A DNA stretch of 64,000 nt, taken from the NCBI GenBank assembly GCA_951406725.2, contig OX597825.1, forward strand, positions 45,384,001 to 45,448,000, given 5' to 3'. The DNA is from Octopus vulgaris (lineage: Eukaryota). Position 1 is the first letter of the stretch, and each line of letters opens with the position of its first letter. This document shows positions 24,290 to 38,107 of this stretch, one piece after another. Below the pieces are notes generated by a model. It made no database searches, was not told where the DNA came from, and saw only the letters and a program-made list of their open reading frames with translations. Made by a program: the position numbers and the translations under genes.

Positions 24290-25769
24290 TACAAGTAGGG
24301 ATTTACCAAAGATCAGTCCTCAACCCCCTCTTGTTCATCATAGTCCTCCAGGCAATAACAGAAATTTAAGACAGCCTACCCTGGGAGCTCCTCTATACTG
24401 ATAGCCTTGTTCTTATAGCTGAATCACTATCAGAACTAGAAAAGAAATTTCAGGTGTAGAAGCAAAGTCTAAAATCAAAGGGTCTTAAGAGTTAACCTAG
24501 CAAAAACCAAAGTCTTAGTATGTAGAAAAGCAGACAAATCACAAATGCCTTCAAGTAGATGGCCCAGCTCAATCTGTAGGAAAGGTCTAGGTAGAAACTC
24601 TATAAAATGCACCCAGTGTAAGCTATGGACACATAAGAGGTGCAGCAATATCAGAGGAAGGTCAAAAGAAAATAGTTTTTGTGTGTGGAAGGTGCACAGG
24701 TATAATAAGGACTAAAAATGTACAGAAAATAGACTCCATCAAATGCCAGGCGAGTAAGCTAGAGATAGTTGATAGCTTCCATTATCTAGGTGACAAAGTC
24801 AGTACAAGTGGATGCTCTGAGAGAGTAGATGTGAGAATAAGAATAGGCTGGGTAAAGTTCAGAGAGCTCCTACCTCTGTTGGCAACAAAGGGCCTCTCCC
24901 TCAGAGTGAAAGGCACACTGTATCATGCCTATGTGAGAACAGCTATGCTTATAAGCAGTGAAACATTGGCTCTGACTGTCAAGGACATGTGTATGCTTGA
25001 AAGAAATGAAGTTAGCATGCATTGCTGGATGTGCAATATCAGTGTGCATGTACAACAGAGTGTAACCGTTTTCAGAGTAAAGTTGGGTGTAAGAAGCATC
25101 AGATGTGATATGGAAGACAGGCAACTGCACTGGGATGGTCATGTAATGTATATGAACAACGGACAGCTGTGTAAAGAAGTGCCAATCTCTAACTGTAGAG
25201 GGAACATGTGGAAGTGATAGACCCAAGAAGACATGGGATGAGGTGGTGTAGCATCATCTTCAAATGTTGAGCCTTTGGTGATATGCCATGCTTGAGAAGA
25301 CCCTTCAATCCAAGTGAAATCATAGTCATGCCTGATGCCAATGTCACGTAACTGGCACCCATGCCAGTGGCACGTAAAAAGCACCTTTTGAATGTTGGGC
25401 CTCACAGAGACAGTGAGGCTGATGCTGGTGTCACATAGCTAGCACCCACACCTGAACATTGGGCCTCACAGAAGAAATGACAAATGACTGAGACCTTTGA
25501 CAATATACCATGCATGAGTAGAAAACCCAATAAGCCAAGTAAAATCCTAGTCATGGCAGATACTGGTGTCACACAACTGGCACCCATATCAGTGGCATGC
25601 AAAAACACTCACTACATTCCTGGAGTGGTTGACATTAGGAAGGGCATTCAGTCATAGAAACTATGCCGAATCAAACTGGAATCTGGTGCAGCCCCTCAGC
25701 TTACCAGCCCTGGTCAGACCATCCAACTTATGCCAGCATGGACAACGGATGTTAAATGATGATGATGAT

Positions 25770-25771
<2 letters not shown>
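24290..25771 (+). mobile_element. 5'-truncated decayed RTE LINE
   Basis: Homologous to 10744-12273 and 35570-37263. Ends GTTAAATGATGATGATGATGA. Confidence 0.9.
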
Positions 25772-25819
<48 letters not shown>

Positions 25820-26582
25820 CAAACATATATATACATTTACACACCCATATATAGATAAACACATACATATATACACATATATAGAAAACATGAAAATATT
25901 AAAATTTATATTTCCGAAAAAATATGGATACCATGAACAACTCTAGACTTTTCTCACAACATTATCAAGGTGATCCAAAATTAGTGAAATTCAAATCAAA
26001 CATCTGAAATATTACCAGTACATAAATACCTACAAAAAGAACACTTAAAGCAAATTCAACCTGAGACATTGTTGTATGGTAACATAAGCGGATAATAAAA
26101 AATAAGCATATTTAAGAAAGGCTATTTTTGAATTCAACTGTTGGTGACATCAGTGGATAATGAAATAATAAATGATTATTCTTGAGATTGCTCCAATCTG
26201 GCCAGCCCCAAGGAAAAACTAAGCTAAGAACATTAGATTCCTTGGAAGAAAGCAGCGAATGTACATAAAAACAAGGATGGAAAAAACGGACAATGTTACA
26301 CAAATATAAATACAATAAAAAATACAATAAAAATAGTAACAACAGGTGTCTTTCAACTAAGGATGAATTGAATTAAGCTGGCACATGTGGAAATAGAGCC
26401 TTATGGCAGAGAAACAAAAATTTCACAAACATAGGGAAGAATATGTTGCAAGGACCACAGTCAGACCCAGAAAGAAAGAGCGAGCAGTCTGACTGATTTG
26501 GTCACGTGGCAAGAGAAGAGAGAGGAGTAGAAGCAGAGGGACAGAAGAATTAAGGAGGGGCAAGAAAAAATGACATATATAT

Positions 26583-26686
26583 GAAGGCCTTTTTCAGTTT
26601 CCATCAACCAAATCCACTAGAAAATGTGCCACGCAGAGAGACTAAACCCAGAACCATGTGGTTGAGAAGCAACCTTCTTACCACAT
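26583..26686 (-). mobile_element. tRNA-derived SINE fragment
   Basis: Reverse complement reads TGTGGTAAG...CCACATGGTTCTGGGTTTAGTC...GCGTGGCAC, with A/B-box-like spacing. Confidence 0.5.
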
Positions 26687-26965
26687 CTATATATATATAT
26701 ATATATACATACAGCCACACCTATATATATATATACATACATTTTTTTGTTTTCATGAATTGCCTGTTTATATATTTTTGTGTATGTATATGTAAGTATA
26801 AGTACATATGTGTAGGTACCCTCTCTACCAGTCAGTGTTGGGGTTTATTTCTCACTCATGTCACCATTTTTTTTTTTCGCTTCTCAGTAAACAATTCACT
26901 TTATTTAAAGAGCTGGTTTCTAACCTAGATCCAAGGCTCCTTCATTGGGATTTCAATGACATCTA

Positions 26966-27351
26966 CAGTGTACATTATTTACATTCGATGGATATTTGTC
27001 CTTATCTTGTTTGTTGTTAACACAACGTTTCGGCTGATATACCCTCCAGCCTTCTTCAGGTGTCTTGGGGAAATTTCGAACCTGGGTTCGAATTCCTAAG
27101 GTATTTTTCGATGTTATTATTATTATTATTGTTCAGGTCACTGCTTGGAATTGAACTCAGTAGCTTGGAGTTAGTGCCATATGCCCATGGGCAATTATGG
27201 AGTGAATTTTAGGGCTTATAAATCTAATATTTTTCTATCCTTCCTTAATATTGGTTCCCATATCTGCACTTGGTCTGCTTAGGAGGACAAATATCCATCA
27301 AATGTAAATAAGGTATATAATTCCTCATCTCTTAAATATAGAACTGTATCT
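26966..27351 (-). mobile_element. Short inserted element: tRNA-like head, (AAT)n linker and hammerhead tail
   Basis: Absent from the paralogous site at about 30000-30015. ATCTA is duplicated at its ends. B-box-like GAGTTCAATTCC on the minus strand at about 27146-27157. A 27-bp inverted repeat (26976 / 27282) lies near the ends. Confidence 0.7.
27019..27064 (-). ncRNA. Minimal type-I hammerhead ribozyme with intact core
   Basis: GACAC-CUGAAGA-A-GGCUG(GAGGGUAUAU)CAGCC-GAA-ACGU-U-GUGUU. Palindromic ACGU stem III, GUU triplet, one extra A after A9. Confidence 0.82.
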
Positions 27352-28063
27352 ACGGGGTATTTTTGCGTATATGTGTGCAATATTTGGAGTCAGTGCATGC
27401 GCAGATATTTTGATGTTTTGTCTTGCATATACATATAGATTTATATGTCAAAACATACATATATATACTTAATGGTAAACTTCTAGAAATTTTAGAGATT
27501 TATACAGATTTTTACAGTTCCAGTGATGGCTTGGGTCTGTAGTTTTCAAATCAGCTTCCTCCTTTCTGGTTGTGAGAAGCCTAATTTCTCAAGATTGGTG
27601 CTTAAGCAGTGTGTTCACATATCTCACTGCCCCAATAATTACAAATATAAACCTGAATTCATAATCCAGGTAGAGTTACAGTAGACTTTTCAATAGTTCA
27701 GTGTAGGTATTTGCTTTTTACTGATCTTTAGCTTTATATTAACATTCACTGGGTAGCTGATGTCCACTACTGTGCATAGTTTCTCTTCTCTGTCCCAAAT
27801 CACTATGTCTGGTCTATTATATTTAAATTTTATTAAGGTTTTCACTGGAACAGTCCACCAGTACCCCTTTTTATTATGGGTAGCTACCATACTATGGATT
27901 CTTATTTCTTTATCCTTTCAATGGATCTCATTATAAAGTGTTTTGGCTACATCATATCTCATCAGTAGATAATACCGTGATGACATGTATATATGTATGT
28001 CATTATTCAGTTTTATTTCAAGATTTCTTGTCAACAGAGAAAGAGCCAGTTTCTAACCTAGAT

Positions 28064-29971
28064 CAGGCACGTAACTACGGCGGGGCTATGGGGTGCTCAG
28101 CACCCCCAGTTAGAATCTCAGCCCCTCCACCCCAGTATGAGAATTTGTTTTATCCACTTTTGAAATAATACATTGTGGCCACCTTTTTTTTTTCTCATAA
28201 GCAATATCTGAAGTTGCTAAAGATGCAATAAATTGAATTTCTTTTGTTAGTGATATGAAAATGTGGGTAAACTGGTTAAAGTGTTTGTTGTAGCTGTAAT
28301 TGTCATCGCAGAATTGGCTGCTGACCCAGTCATCAACTGTGGGTTGAATTAAGGAGTGGGTGATGCTGGATCAGTTGTTGTTGTTGTGGTGTTCGTGGTG
28401 GCGATGGCAGTGCTGATGATTGTCCTTGTTGCTGTTGAAAAGTATGTGAAGAATTGTTGCTGTAGTTAGAGATTTATGGTAATAAATGCATCACTACACA
28501 CATATATATATGAACAGAGATGGACATTAAAAAGTCATTTTATTTCCACTACTCAGAGAGGATTATTATTCACAAAAAAGGAAAGAAAAGTTTTGAAATT
28601 TCCCAAAATATACATCTTTGAACAAAGTTTATACTGAAATTATTTTGTGCTTAACTAAAAAAGCATAACTTTGAAGAAATTGAAAAAAAAAATTGCTTGA
28701 ACTGAAATCTCTTTCGAGTTTAATTTAAAAATACATAAATTTTAAGAAATTGTTACTCTTAACTATGATATTCTATCTTAGAATTAATTATTGCAAATAT
28801 CGGTGCCCAAAAATAATGAATCACTATTGAAAAAGAAAACTGAAGCAATCATTGCTGAATTTCCAATCTGATTCATCTAATAATGCTAAACAGAAGAGAA
28901 TTGCAAACAAAGTTTCGCAGTTCAAGAGAGGTCTTGCAAAGTCTTTGATACCCTCATTGGATGATCTAGGACAGGTCGACTGCCAACCAGTGCAGCCAGT
29001 TCTAGCAAAGTTTGATCTAAAAATTTATGAAAATCAGAGACGTGACTTCTCGTCAAGTTGGTATACTGGTCATTTATGGTTAGAGTATTCTCTTTCAAAG
29101 AAAGCCTTGTTTTGTTTTGCTTGTCAGCACTTTTATACTTCTGCTCAAGCTGATACTTGTTTTATTAAAAATGGATATTCTAATTGGCATCATGCAAAAG
29201 AAAAAAACAAAGGTTTAAATATGCACACAAACTCTGCATCCCATATCCAAGCTATGGTAACATGGAAGGAACGCCAACAGCATTTATCCACAATAACATC
29301 CATGTCTTCAATCTTGCAAAATGTTCAGTTGAGCAAAAACCGTTATTATATCAGTTCCATTGTTGATATTGTTCATTTTCTTTGTGCAAACGAATTGCCT
29401 TTTCGAGGAAGCGAAAATGAAGCTTTTCAGGATCTTTATTCAGAAAATGATACGTAGCCTTGTGATCTTTTTATGAAATTATTCCAGTACACATTAGAGA
29501 AAGACTCAAAGCTAATGGAATGTTACAGCACGATTCCAAAAAATGCGACCTATACCTTAGCAGCAATGCAAAACAAAATCATTGAATTGTTGAGAAGACA
29601 CACTGTATATAAAAATAATGTTAAAGATTTGGCTGTTATCTCTAGCATGTAGAAAGACCTTTTAGGCTTAACTATGTGCTTGTTGAAAATCATTTTTAAA
29701 ATATTGGAATCGATACATTCGACTAAAAATTCTTCGAGGTGATGCCACAGCATGGCCTCAGTTTAATGATTGCAACAAGTAAAATGAAAATAAAAACGAA
29801 ATATATCAGAAGTTTTGACCAGGTTAGGCGTCAAGAAATGTGAAAAAAAAATGAAAAAATAGCCGAAAAATATAAGCATGGGGCCTTTGTCCACTTTCAC
29901 ACTTTAAGTAGGAGCTTTTGTCCATACCCCTGTTCAGCACCCCCAGTTGCAATCGGCTGGCTACATGGCTG
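28064..29971 (+). mobile_element. hAT transposon (ZMYM1/TTF-zinc-finger type), internally deleted
   Basis: Perfect 8-bp TSD ACCTAGAT. Imperfect CAG..CTG TIRs. ORF 28852-29457 has RDFSSSWY...WLEYS...FCFAC...H and LPFRG motifs. Confidence 0.92.
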
Positions 29972-30600
29972 ACCTAGATCCAAAGCTCCTTCATTGGAAC
30001 TTCAACATCAACGGGGTATTTTTGTATGTATGTGTGCAGATTTGTATGCTTTGTCTTATGTAAATATTCTCATGCATATAGTTGCATACCTAGACATTCA
30101 TATATATATACTTAAATGATAAACTTCTGAAAAGTTTTACAGATTTTTACAGTTCCATTGATGGATTGGATCTGTAGTCTTTGAATCAGCTTTCTCCTTT
30201 CTGGTTTTGGGAAGACATTCCATCAGTACTCCTTTTTGTAGCTATGGCTTCCACCATATTGTGGGTTCTTATTTCTTTGTCCTCGGGGTAATCATTCTGA
30301 CAGATCTTGTTATACAGTGCCCTAACTACAACATCATGTCCCATCAGTAGATAATACTGTAATGACATTTTCAGACAATTGCTTAAGATATGGGTAATAT
30401 CTTTGGTGTTAACTGCACAAAGTCTGCATCAGTTGTCACATTTTGCTGCTTTTCCTGCATCTCTGTCCCTTTTGTGCATCAGGTATTTGATATTTCCTGA
30501 TCCTGAATTGCAAACACATACCCTTCAAAGTAGGAAGTAGTAATCTGGTTGTTGGTCCATGATAGATTGCTTTGTTGATCAATGTTACTATCATCTCAGA
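29972..30600 (-). mobile_element. Second R4/NeSL-like non-LTR remnant (host of the hAT; left part at 28030-28063)
   Basis: CRLC...DITHILSNC...HDVV CCHC-type motif. The 3' region matches 26900-26960 and 27352-27570. Confidence 0.7.
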
Positions 30601-30682
30601 GCTTTCTGCTAACATACCCATGCATGGTCTTCTGCTGATATACGTGTGTGTGTGTGTGTGTATGTATGCATGTATGTGTGTG

Positions 30683-30755
<73 letters not shown>

Positions 30756-30772
30756 TTATGTGTATGTGGCTA

Positions 30773-31485
30773 GAGCTCATTCTTACCTGCTGAATCTGTG
30801 TATGTAAAATCCAAGGTTAACATGCACTTCTGTGTTGTAAGTAAAAGTAAGTATTTCAGAGAATTATGGGTTTTTCTCCTGTTTCTTGAAAGTTTCACAC
30901 ACGCACCCAAACCACCCAACATAAAGAGTGAAAATATGGCATCTTGGACAATCTGTTTTCTAATAGATGTGTTATCTATTAGAATTTAGTTGGTGATGTT
31001 ACAACACAGGAAATACTTTTATGAATTTCATAAAATGCATTACACAGTATTATCTGTTTAATTTACCATACCAAAAATGTTTTTTATGAATTTCATAAAA
31101 TGCATTAGATAGTTTAACAGATCCAGTTTAACTTAGTTTTAAATTAATTGAAATCAATAATGCCATTTTACATCTATGTATTTCCCATTTTCAATAATTT
31201 ACATTTCTTCCATGCATATTGCAATATTTTGGATCTTTGGTAGTTCCAAGAAACAAAAAGAATGATTTACAACTTCATCTCTTATAAATTAATAAGGCAC
31301 TAAAAGAGAATGACTCTCCCCAGACACAATAAAATAACAACAACAACAAGTCATCTGTTATCATGACTATATTGTCTTTTTTTGACACAGGTCCTGTTGT
31401 CTCAGAAATTTTCACAACACAGAAATGCATGTTAAACTTGGGTTGGATTTTACATACACGGATTAAGCAGGTAAGAACAGAGCTT
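30773..31485. mobile_element. MITE-like element with about 70-bp TIRs
   Basis: GAGCTCATTCTTACCTGCTGAATC...CTGTGTTGT is inverted at 31412-31485. No ORF. Confidence 0.65.
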
Positions 31486-31519
31486 ATAATATTCTCTTCT
31501 TCTATGGAAGGAAGAGTAT

Positions 31520-33520
31520 ACTGTAGTTGATTTCTTGAATGTTATCTTAGATTTGAGTACAAGTAGGTACCAACCATTCTATAAACCCAGTGACAACCTC
31601 AAGTATATCAATTTTAACAGTCATCACTCCAAAAGTATAAGGAAATCTATAGTCAATAATATTTCTACTCGCATCTCTAGATTATCTGTGATTGAAGAGA
31701 TCTTTAGAAAAAAGAAAAAAATTTTTAAAAATGTGTATATGAATGAAACTGGGATGAATATAAATATAAATGGAAGGCAGAACAGTAGTTAATGAGACAG
31801 GGAATAGTAGTAGTAACTAAAAAAAAAAAATTTTTAACAACCAACCGCAAAGTGGGCAACTTAAGCAATAATAATAATAATGTCAAACCCGCTAAAGAAA
31901 ATATAGTTAAACTCCCTAGCAAAAATTATAGCATAAGCAACAATTGACCAGGTATCAGAAATAGGAACGACCCCCTCAGAAATAAGAAAATACTGAATAT
32001 GGGTAATGCAAACAAGAATAATAATATCAACCCCAGGGGTAAACACTGCAGTAGAAAGAATTGCTCTCACAAGATAATATATAATATAATGAAATTATTG
32101 CATACAGTGCTCAGGTGCACCACAACTTGTCAAAAAGTGCGTATAAAGTATATGCAGTAATGTACAAATGTCTGGAAAGCGAACAGTGTTTGAGTCAGAT
32201 ACATGCTTGCATGTGTATGGAGGGGGAGAAAGTCAGGTGTAGTGTTGGCGAATCTCAAGAAGCATGGAAGTTTTGAAGGATGCAGTGCTCCGACAACTAA
32301 CAACTGATGCCGGCAGTCTGTTCCATGTTTCAGCAACTCTTAGTGTGAAAAAATGTTTCCGAAAGTCATGGGAGCTGTGCTGTTTTCTGACTTTGTAAAC
32401 ATGTCCACGGGTGTTATACAGGTGGAGTTTGAAAAGGTGCTCAGAGTTATTGTTTGTAAGATGGTTAATAATTTTATAGGTGTCTGCCAAGTCAGCTGCC
32501 AGACGTCGGAGTTTCAATGTGTCCATGCCCAGGGAAGTAAGGCGTTCAGATTAGACCAACTACTAATAATAATAGAACTAATAAATCAAGGGCTACATTG
32601 TGGTATAATGCAATTCCAGGTAAATTTTTCGCTACTATAGATAAACATTTTCGTAAATTGGATATATACCATAAAATCTTTAATAGACACATTATCAGAT
32701 AGGTCTTTTCTGCCATCAAAAACTTAGCACAAATTATATTAGAATACTAGAGACAGCAATAAAGTAGTTAGTAGAAATGATAGTAATAGTACTCTTAATG
32801 ATAACAACCATGAACATATAGCCAGCCTGAAAGGATCTTGAACGCCACAATTACAAACAATCACAAGGAAACAAACACGCAAGAGAAAGCAGGTAATGGA
32901 AGGGAGACAACTGTTACATTTCTTAGAGAAACTAGACCAGGTACAGTAAATCGCTAGACATAATAACATGGGGACCCAAGACAATAACCAGAATGTGAAC
33001 AATAGTAGATCAATAGATACAGAAACAATAAGCGTATTTAACTCTGGTCCAATTAACATAGGTAGGATTAGAAAGAAAAAAAATCTTTCATTGTGGAAAA
33101 AAAATTGTTTGCCTTAACTACTGAATGTATAAGGAAAAATTTAGTAAACCAATGTAAGATTCCTTCAGAAAGATATTCACACTTCTATATTGGTACATGC
33201 CTGATAAACTTCAAGGCAAGACTGTCAAACCATTTAATTTCATTTAAGGATAGCAAGAAAATGCATAACACTAGCTTGAGTGCATTCATCTGGTCAGTTA
33301 AAAACAAGAAAACTAGCTTCAATATACAATGGGGAAAAATTGCCATAGATATGTACCTTATATAACAGGAGGAAAAAGATGGAACTTACGAATAGAGGAA
33401 ATACTCTATATTTTTACATCTAAACACCAATTGCCTAACAGTAGACAGGAACAAACCTTAAGATAATTGCACCTACATAGGAGAACTTTTAAATACTTTC
33501 ATGCAAGGACTGTATGAGTT
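31520..33520 (+). mobile_element. Penelope-like element remnant (RT thumb plus GIY-YIG), interrupted by a CR1 fragment
   Basis: FLNVILDL...YQPFYKP...YINFNSHH...RISRLS (thumb) and FYIGTC..FKARLSNH..SF...TSLS..IW (GIY-YIG). Confidence 0.8.
32075..32550 (-). mobile_element. CR1/L2-clade LINE 3' fragment
   Basis: LRRLAADL..TYKI...TRGH..K...RKHFFTLRV..WNRLP..VV....FK, the CR1 ORF2 C-terminus, followed by a 3' UTR and AT-rich tail. Confidence 0.88.
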
Positions 33521-35569
33521 AGTATCTTCCACACAAATAGGAGGTGTTTGTGTTTATAGGATAAATATCTAGTTTGACTTTCAAGTAGCAATCAGTCTTC
33601 ACATTAAATCAAAATATCATTGTAATAAATCATAGCGCATATAGGATACAGAAACTGCATATAGTCAAAAACTTGATTGCACAGAAACATTTTCAACTGC
33701 TCCCATAAAGAAGTTTTTCATAGCACATACATCTAATAGAATTTAATTTGATTTGATTCAATTTCATTTAGCACCTAGCTATTGTACAAAACATGAAAAA
33801 TAACAAACTCATAATCCAACTAAGAATACACTTTCACCTACATAGGGATTAGGACTCATTTCAAACCTAAACCTGAGGTCGGGATGAGGTCAACCACATA
33901 GTAATTTTTATAGCCATATCAAGTTTCTAAATCTACCCATCACTTCCTTTTTTTCACTCAAAAGCCATAGCAACCTAGCACAATATGCTAACCACGCATA
34001 AATTCACTCATTCCACTTTGAACTACATCTTGGATCTTTTGTCTGGCTTTCACTTTTTGATTCTTTTAATTCTCTTCCAACTGATATCAAATTTGGTGTA
34101 TTGATATAGTTTTGTATGCTAATTGTGGAAATGAAATTCATTTTTGCCATAAATTGATAAATGAAAAGTTAATAGCTTTTAAAGCTGGCAAATTTGAGAT
34201 AATTTTAGCCAGTCATAAGCCACAGACACATTGGTGCCTGTTTCCATTGTAACAAGTCAAAGTTATTGTCTGCTTAATACTACTACAATCATTACATACC
34301 TATATACTGAACTTTCACTTTTTATTTTCATAACAAAAAATGTATCAATTGTTTTTGTCAAACTTGGAATACTGATATCATTTTTCACTCTGAATCTGAT
34401 TTTGTTACTGATTTGTTCCAGAAAAACTTCAGAAAAATGTTCACTAAAAATATGTTACTAATTGATTAACCACAGGTCATCCAATGGTCAGACTGACAGT
34501 AAATGCCAACTCTACACCGTAAGTTTAACCCTAGACATTCATTCTAACCCTAGTAGCAGAAGTATGTTTATCATTCGGCTGTCGAGTGTCTACCCCTAAA
34601 TACCCAGAAATTGGCTCATACTTGTTTTCTACAAGTGGTCACATAACCTGTCACATGATGGTCAAGTCCTAGCTTTACATGGGCTATCCAATTCCATCAC
34701 ATGACAGACCAGTCTAGGGCAAGAAATTATGTTGGTTCGCTGGAGCCCACCCACATGCTTAAAAAGAGGAATTTTTCCTACTTTTCTCCAGTGAGGTAGG
34801 AAGAACAGTTGAGTTCAGATCTCGGTAGAGAGAGGAGAGTTATTTTACAGTTAGCTTTGATGCTATACTTCTGTTCCTGTCTGCCAGCAAGAAGTCATGC
34901 TACATATTTCTGTTCCTGTTCTACCCTGCACACATCGCCAAATTCCAACTGCATGAGAAACAATATGTATATTTTCTTCAGACAGTATCATTCAAGATGT
35001 ACCAACATTTTCTGTACTGATTCATTTAGCGGTTGAATAAAGTGTGGCAGTCAATTGCAACTTGTTTTCTTGTATTTCTTTCCGTTGTTATACCTGATTC
35101 ATTGGAATCAAGAAAGTGTAGTTATACCAGGGCCAGAGCTATGTGCAACAAACTCACTAAAACTGGTGACCTTAGACCTATAACCAAGCTACAACCAGTT
35201 TTCATCTTATATAATGCTACTACTTCATTCTTTCACTGGGAAGCTAAATATTTTTTTATTAACAAAACCCTTCACATTCTTGAATTATTGTCTGGGTTCA
35301 AGTGTTTAGACCATTATATGCAGTTGCACAAGAACTTTTTCTAGTTGAAAACACTGCCACAGAAACTGTTTTCTATCTTCAAGGGTTCTGCATGCAAAAC
35401 AATGTTGACATTCAAATATTATCTCCTCCTACTACTCCTGTGCCTGTATAGTGTCTTCTACTTGCTCAAAATAGCAGTCAACCTGCCAGTAGAATTCCTT
35501 CATGCTAAGTATTTACCGTCTTTTGTGCTACCTTTTTAACCTGTCTTAACATCAGCAGTATGGCATTTA

Positions 35570-37263
35570 CCTTCAGCCCCCTCCTATTTATCATAGTCCT
35601 CCAGGCAATAACGGAGGAATTCAAGACAGGATGCCCCTGGGAGCTCCTCTATGCTGATGACTTTGCTCTAATTGCTGAGTCACTATCAGAACTAGAGAAG
35701 TTTCAGGTGTGGAAACAAGGATTAGAATCAAAGGGCCTTAGTGTCAACCTAGCTAAAACCAAAGTCCTAATAAGTAGGAAGGCAAGCAAACCACAAATCC
35801 CTTCGGGTAGATGGTCCTGCTTGATCTGTAGAAAAGGTATAGGTAGAAACTCTATAAGATGTACCCGGTGTAAACTATGGACACATAAGAGGTGCAGTAA
35901 TATCAACTGGGAAGATAATTTTTGTATATGGCAGATGCTCAGGAGCAATAAACACTGAAAATGTGCAGAGAACAACTTCCGCCACATTCCAGGGAGAAAA
36001 ACTAGAAGTAGTTGATAGCTTCCGTTACCTAGGTAACCAAATCAATAGCGGGGGAGGGTGCACTGAAAGTGTAGCTGCTAGAATAAGAATAGCCTGGGCA
36101 AAGTTCAGAGAGCTCTTACCTCTACTGGGGACAAAGGGCCTCTCGCTCAGAGTAAAAAGTAGACTATATGACGCATGTGTACGAACAGCCATGCTACATG
36201 GCAGTGAAATATGGGCTGTGACTTCTGAGGACATGCGTAAGCTCACAAGGAATGAAGCCAGTATGCTCCGATGAATGTGTAATGTCAGTGTGCATACTCA
36301 ACAGAGTAAGTACCTTGAGAGAAAAGTTGGACCTAAGAAGCATCAGATGTGGTGTGCAAGAGAGACGACTGCACTGGTATGGTCATGTGGCAAGAATGGA
36401 TGAGGATAGCTGTGTGAAAAAGTGCCACACCCTAGCGATTGAAGGAACCTGTGGAAGAGGTAGACCCAGGAAGACCTGGGATGAAGTGGTGAAGCACGAC
36501 CTTCGAACATTAAGCCTCACCGAGGCAATGATTAGTGTCCAAGACCTTTGGAAATATGCTGTGCTTGAGAAGATCCAGCAAGCCAAGTGAGACCATAACC
36601 TTGTGGCCTATGCCAGGGGTGTAACCAGCCCACTTATGTGTACCTTTCCTTCACTGGACACTAAACTCTGCTTGCGAAGACCTGTTGAGGCAAGTGAAAT
36701 TGGAATCAAATTCAATGACTGGTATTCATGCTAGTGGAGCACTAAGAGCACCATCTGAGCGTGATCACCAGAGCAGCTAACTGGCTTCCGTGCCGGTGGC
36801 ACGTAAAAGGCACCATCCAAGCGTGATCATTACCAGCGTCACCTTACTGACACTTGTGCCAGTGGTACGTGAAAAAACATTTGAGATCCTGTACAGGTGG
36901 CATGTAAAAAACACCATTTGAGTGTGGCCGTTGCCAGTACCGCCTGACTGGCCACATGAAAAAACATTCGAGCAAGGTCGTTGCCAGTGCCGCTGGACTG
37001 GCTCCTGTGCAGGTGACACATAAAAAACACCATTTGAGCATGGCCATTGCCAGTACCACCTGACTGACCCTTGTGCCAGTGGCACATAAAAGCACCCACT
37101 ACACTCTCGGAGTGGTTGGCATAAGGAAAGGCATCCAGCTGTAGAAACTCTGCCAGATCAGATTGGAGCCTGGTGTAGCCATCTGGTTCGCCAGTCCTCA
37201 GTCAAATCATCCAACCCATGCTAGCATGGAAAACGTACGTTAAACAATGATGATGATGATGAT
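35570..37263 (+). mobile_element. 5'-truncated RTE LINE nested in the LTR element
   Basis: LLYADDFAL, FRYLG and RRLHWYGHV motifs, repeat-containing 3' UTR and (GAT)n tail. Confidence 0.93.
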
Positions 37264-38107
37264 ATCCATTCCCATTTTGCATTACAGTTTTTCATGTTTT
37301 CACATCATTATCCTTCAATCTGGCCGAGTTGGTTAAACTTGTTTCTGTGTAGGTGTTAGCTTTTGCATGGGAAGTCGTTTTCCCAATTCTCACAGCCAGA
37401 GAATTGGGGAATGCCAATATTTTCACCACACAGCAGTTTTTTATCTCACATTTTTTGTCCTGTTTAAGCTCCAATCGGATTAAATCTCTGACTCAGATTT
37501 GGCAGTTTGCTGCCTTTTTCTCCCACTATGGCATTCATCTTGAGGCAATGTTTCTCATCAGTACTTTAGCCATGCACCACATTCAACTCGACAATTGTCA
37601 TTTTTCTGCTACTTCAACTTGGGGATTTCACACTTATGTGCACCAGATATCAACTTTGATGAATGCCTGTAACCAACATTACTTCACCACCATTTTGTAA
37701 CTTCAGGATTTTGCCATCCTGATGCCTGCAAACATTTTCCTTTCAACCTGTTAACCTGGGGAGCTTCATGTCCATTTTACGACCACCGTTCACATCCTTT
37801 TTTGCAGCAAGTTACAGCAGCCAGCTACTCATCAGTTTTTTTGTCACAGCTTATATCTCTTACTATTGCCTTCCACCAACACATTGCTCGAAATAGCAGT
37901 CAATTCTCTACATCATTCAACAAGAAATTTTTTTACATTACAGCTTACAAACAACCAGTATATATCTTTTTATATCTTTTTCTGCTCACTGAAAAGACAT
38001 TTTTCCATGCTTTTTCACCTTGTCTCAAGCCAGAAACTTTCATCTACAGGACCTTGTTATTGGTCATGTGGAATGTAGACAAGTTTTTATGGTTTAAGCG
38101 AGTACAG

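Larger units (their letters stand above)
26900..28000 (-). mobile_element. R4/NeSL-like non-LTR retrotransposon 3' remnant (restriction-like endonuclease)
   Basis: NRPDIVIWDREEKLCTVVDISYP is an RLE PD-(D/E)xK motif. The 3' region is duplicated at 28030-30600. Confidence 0.75.
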
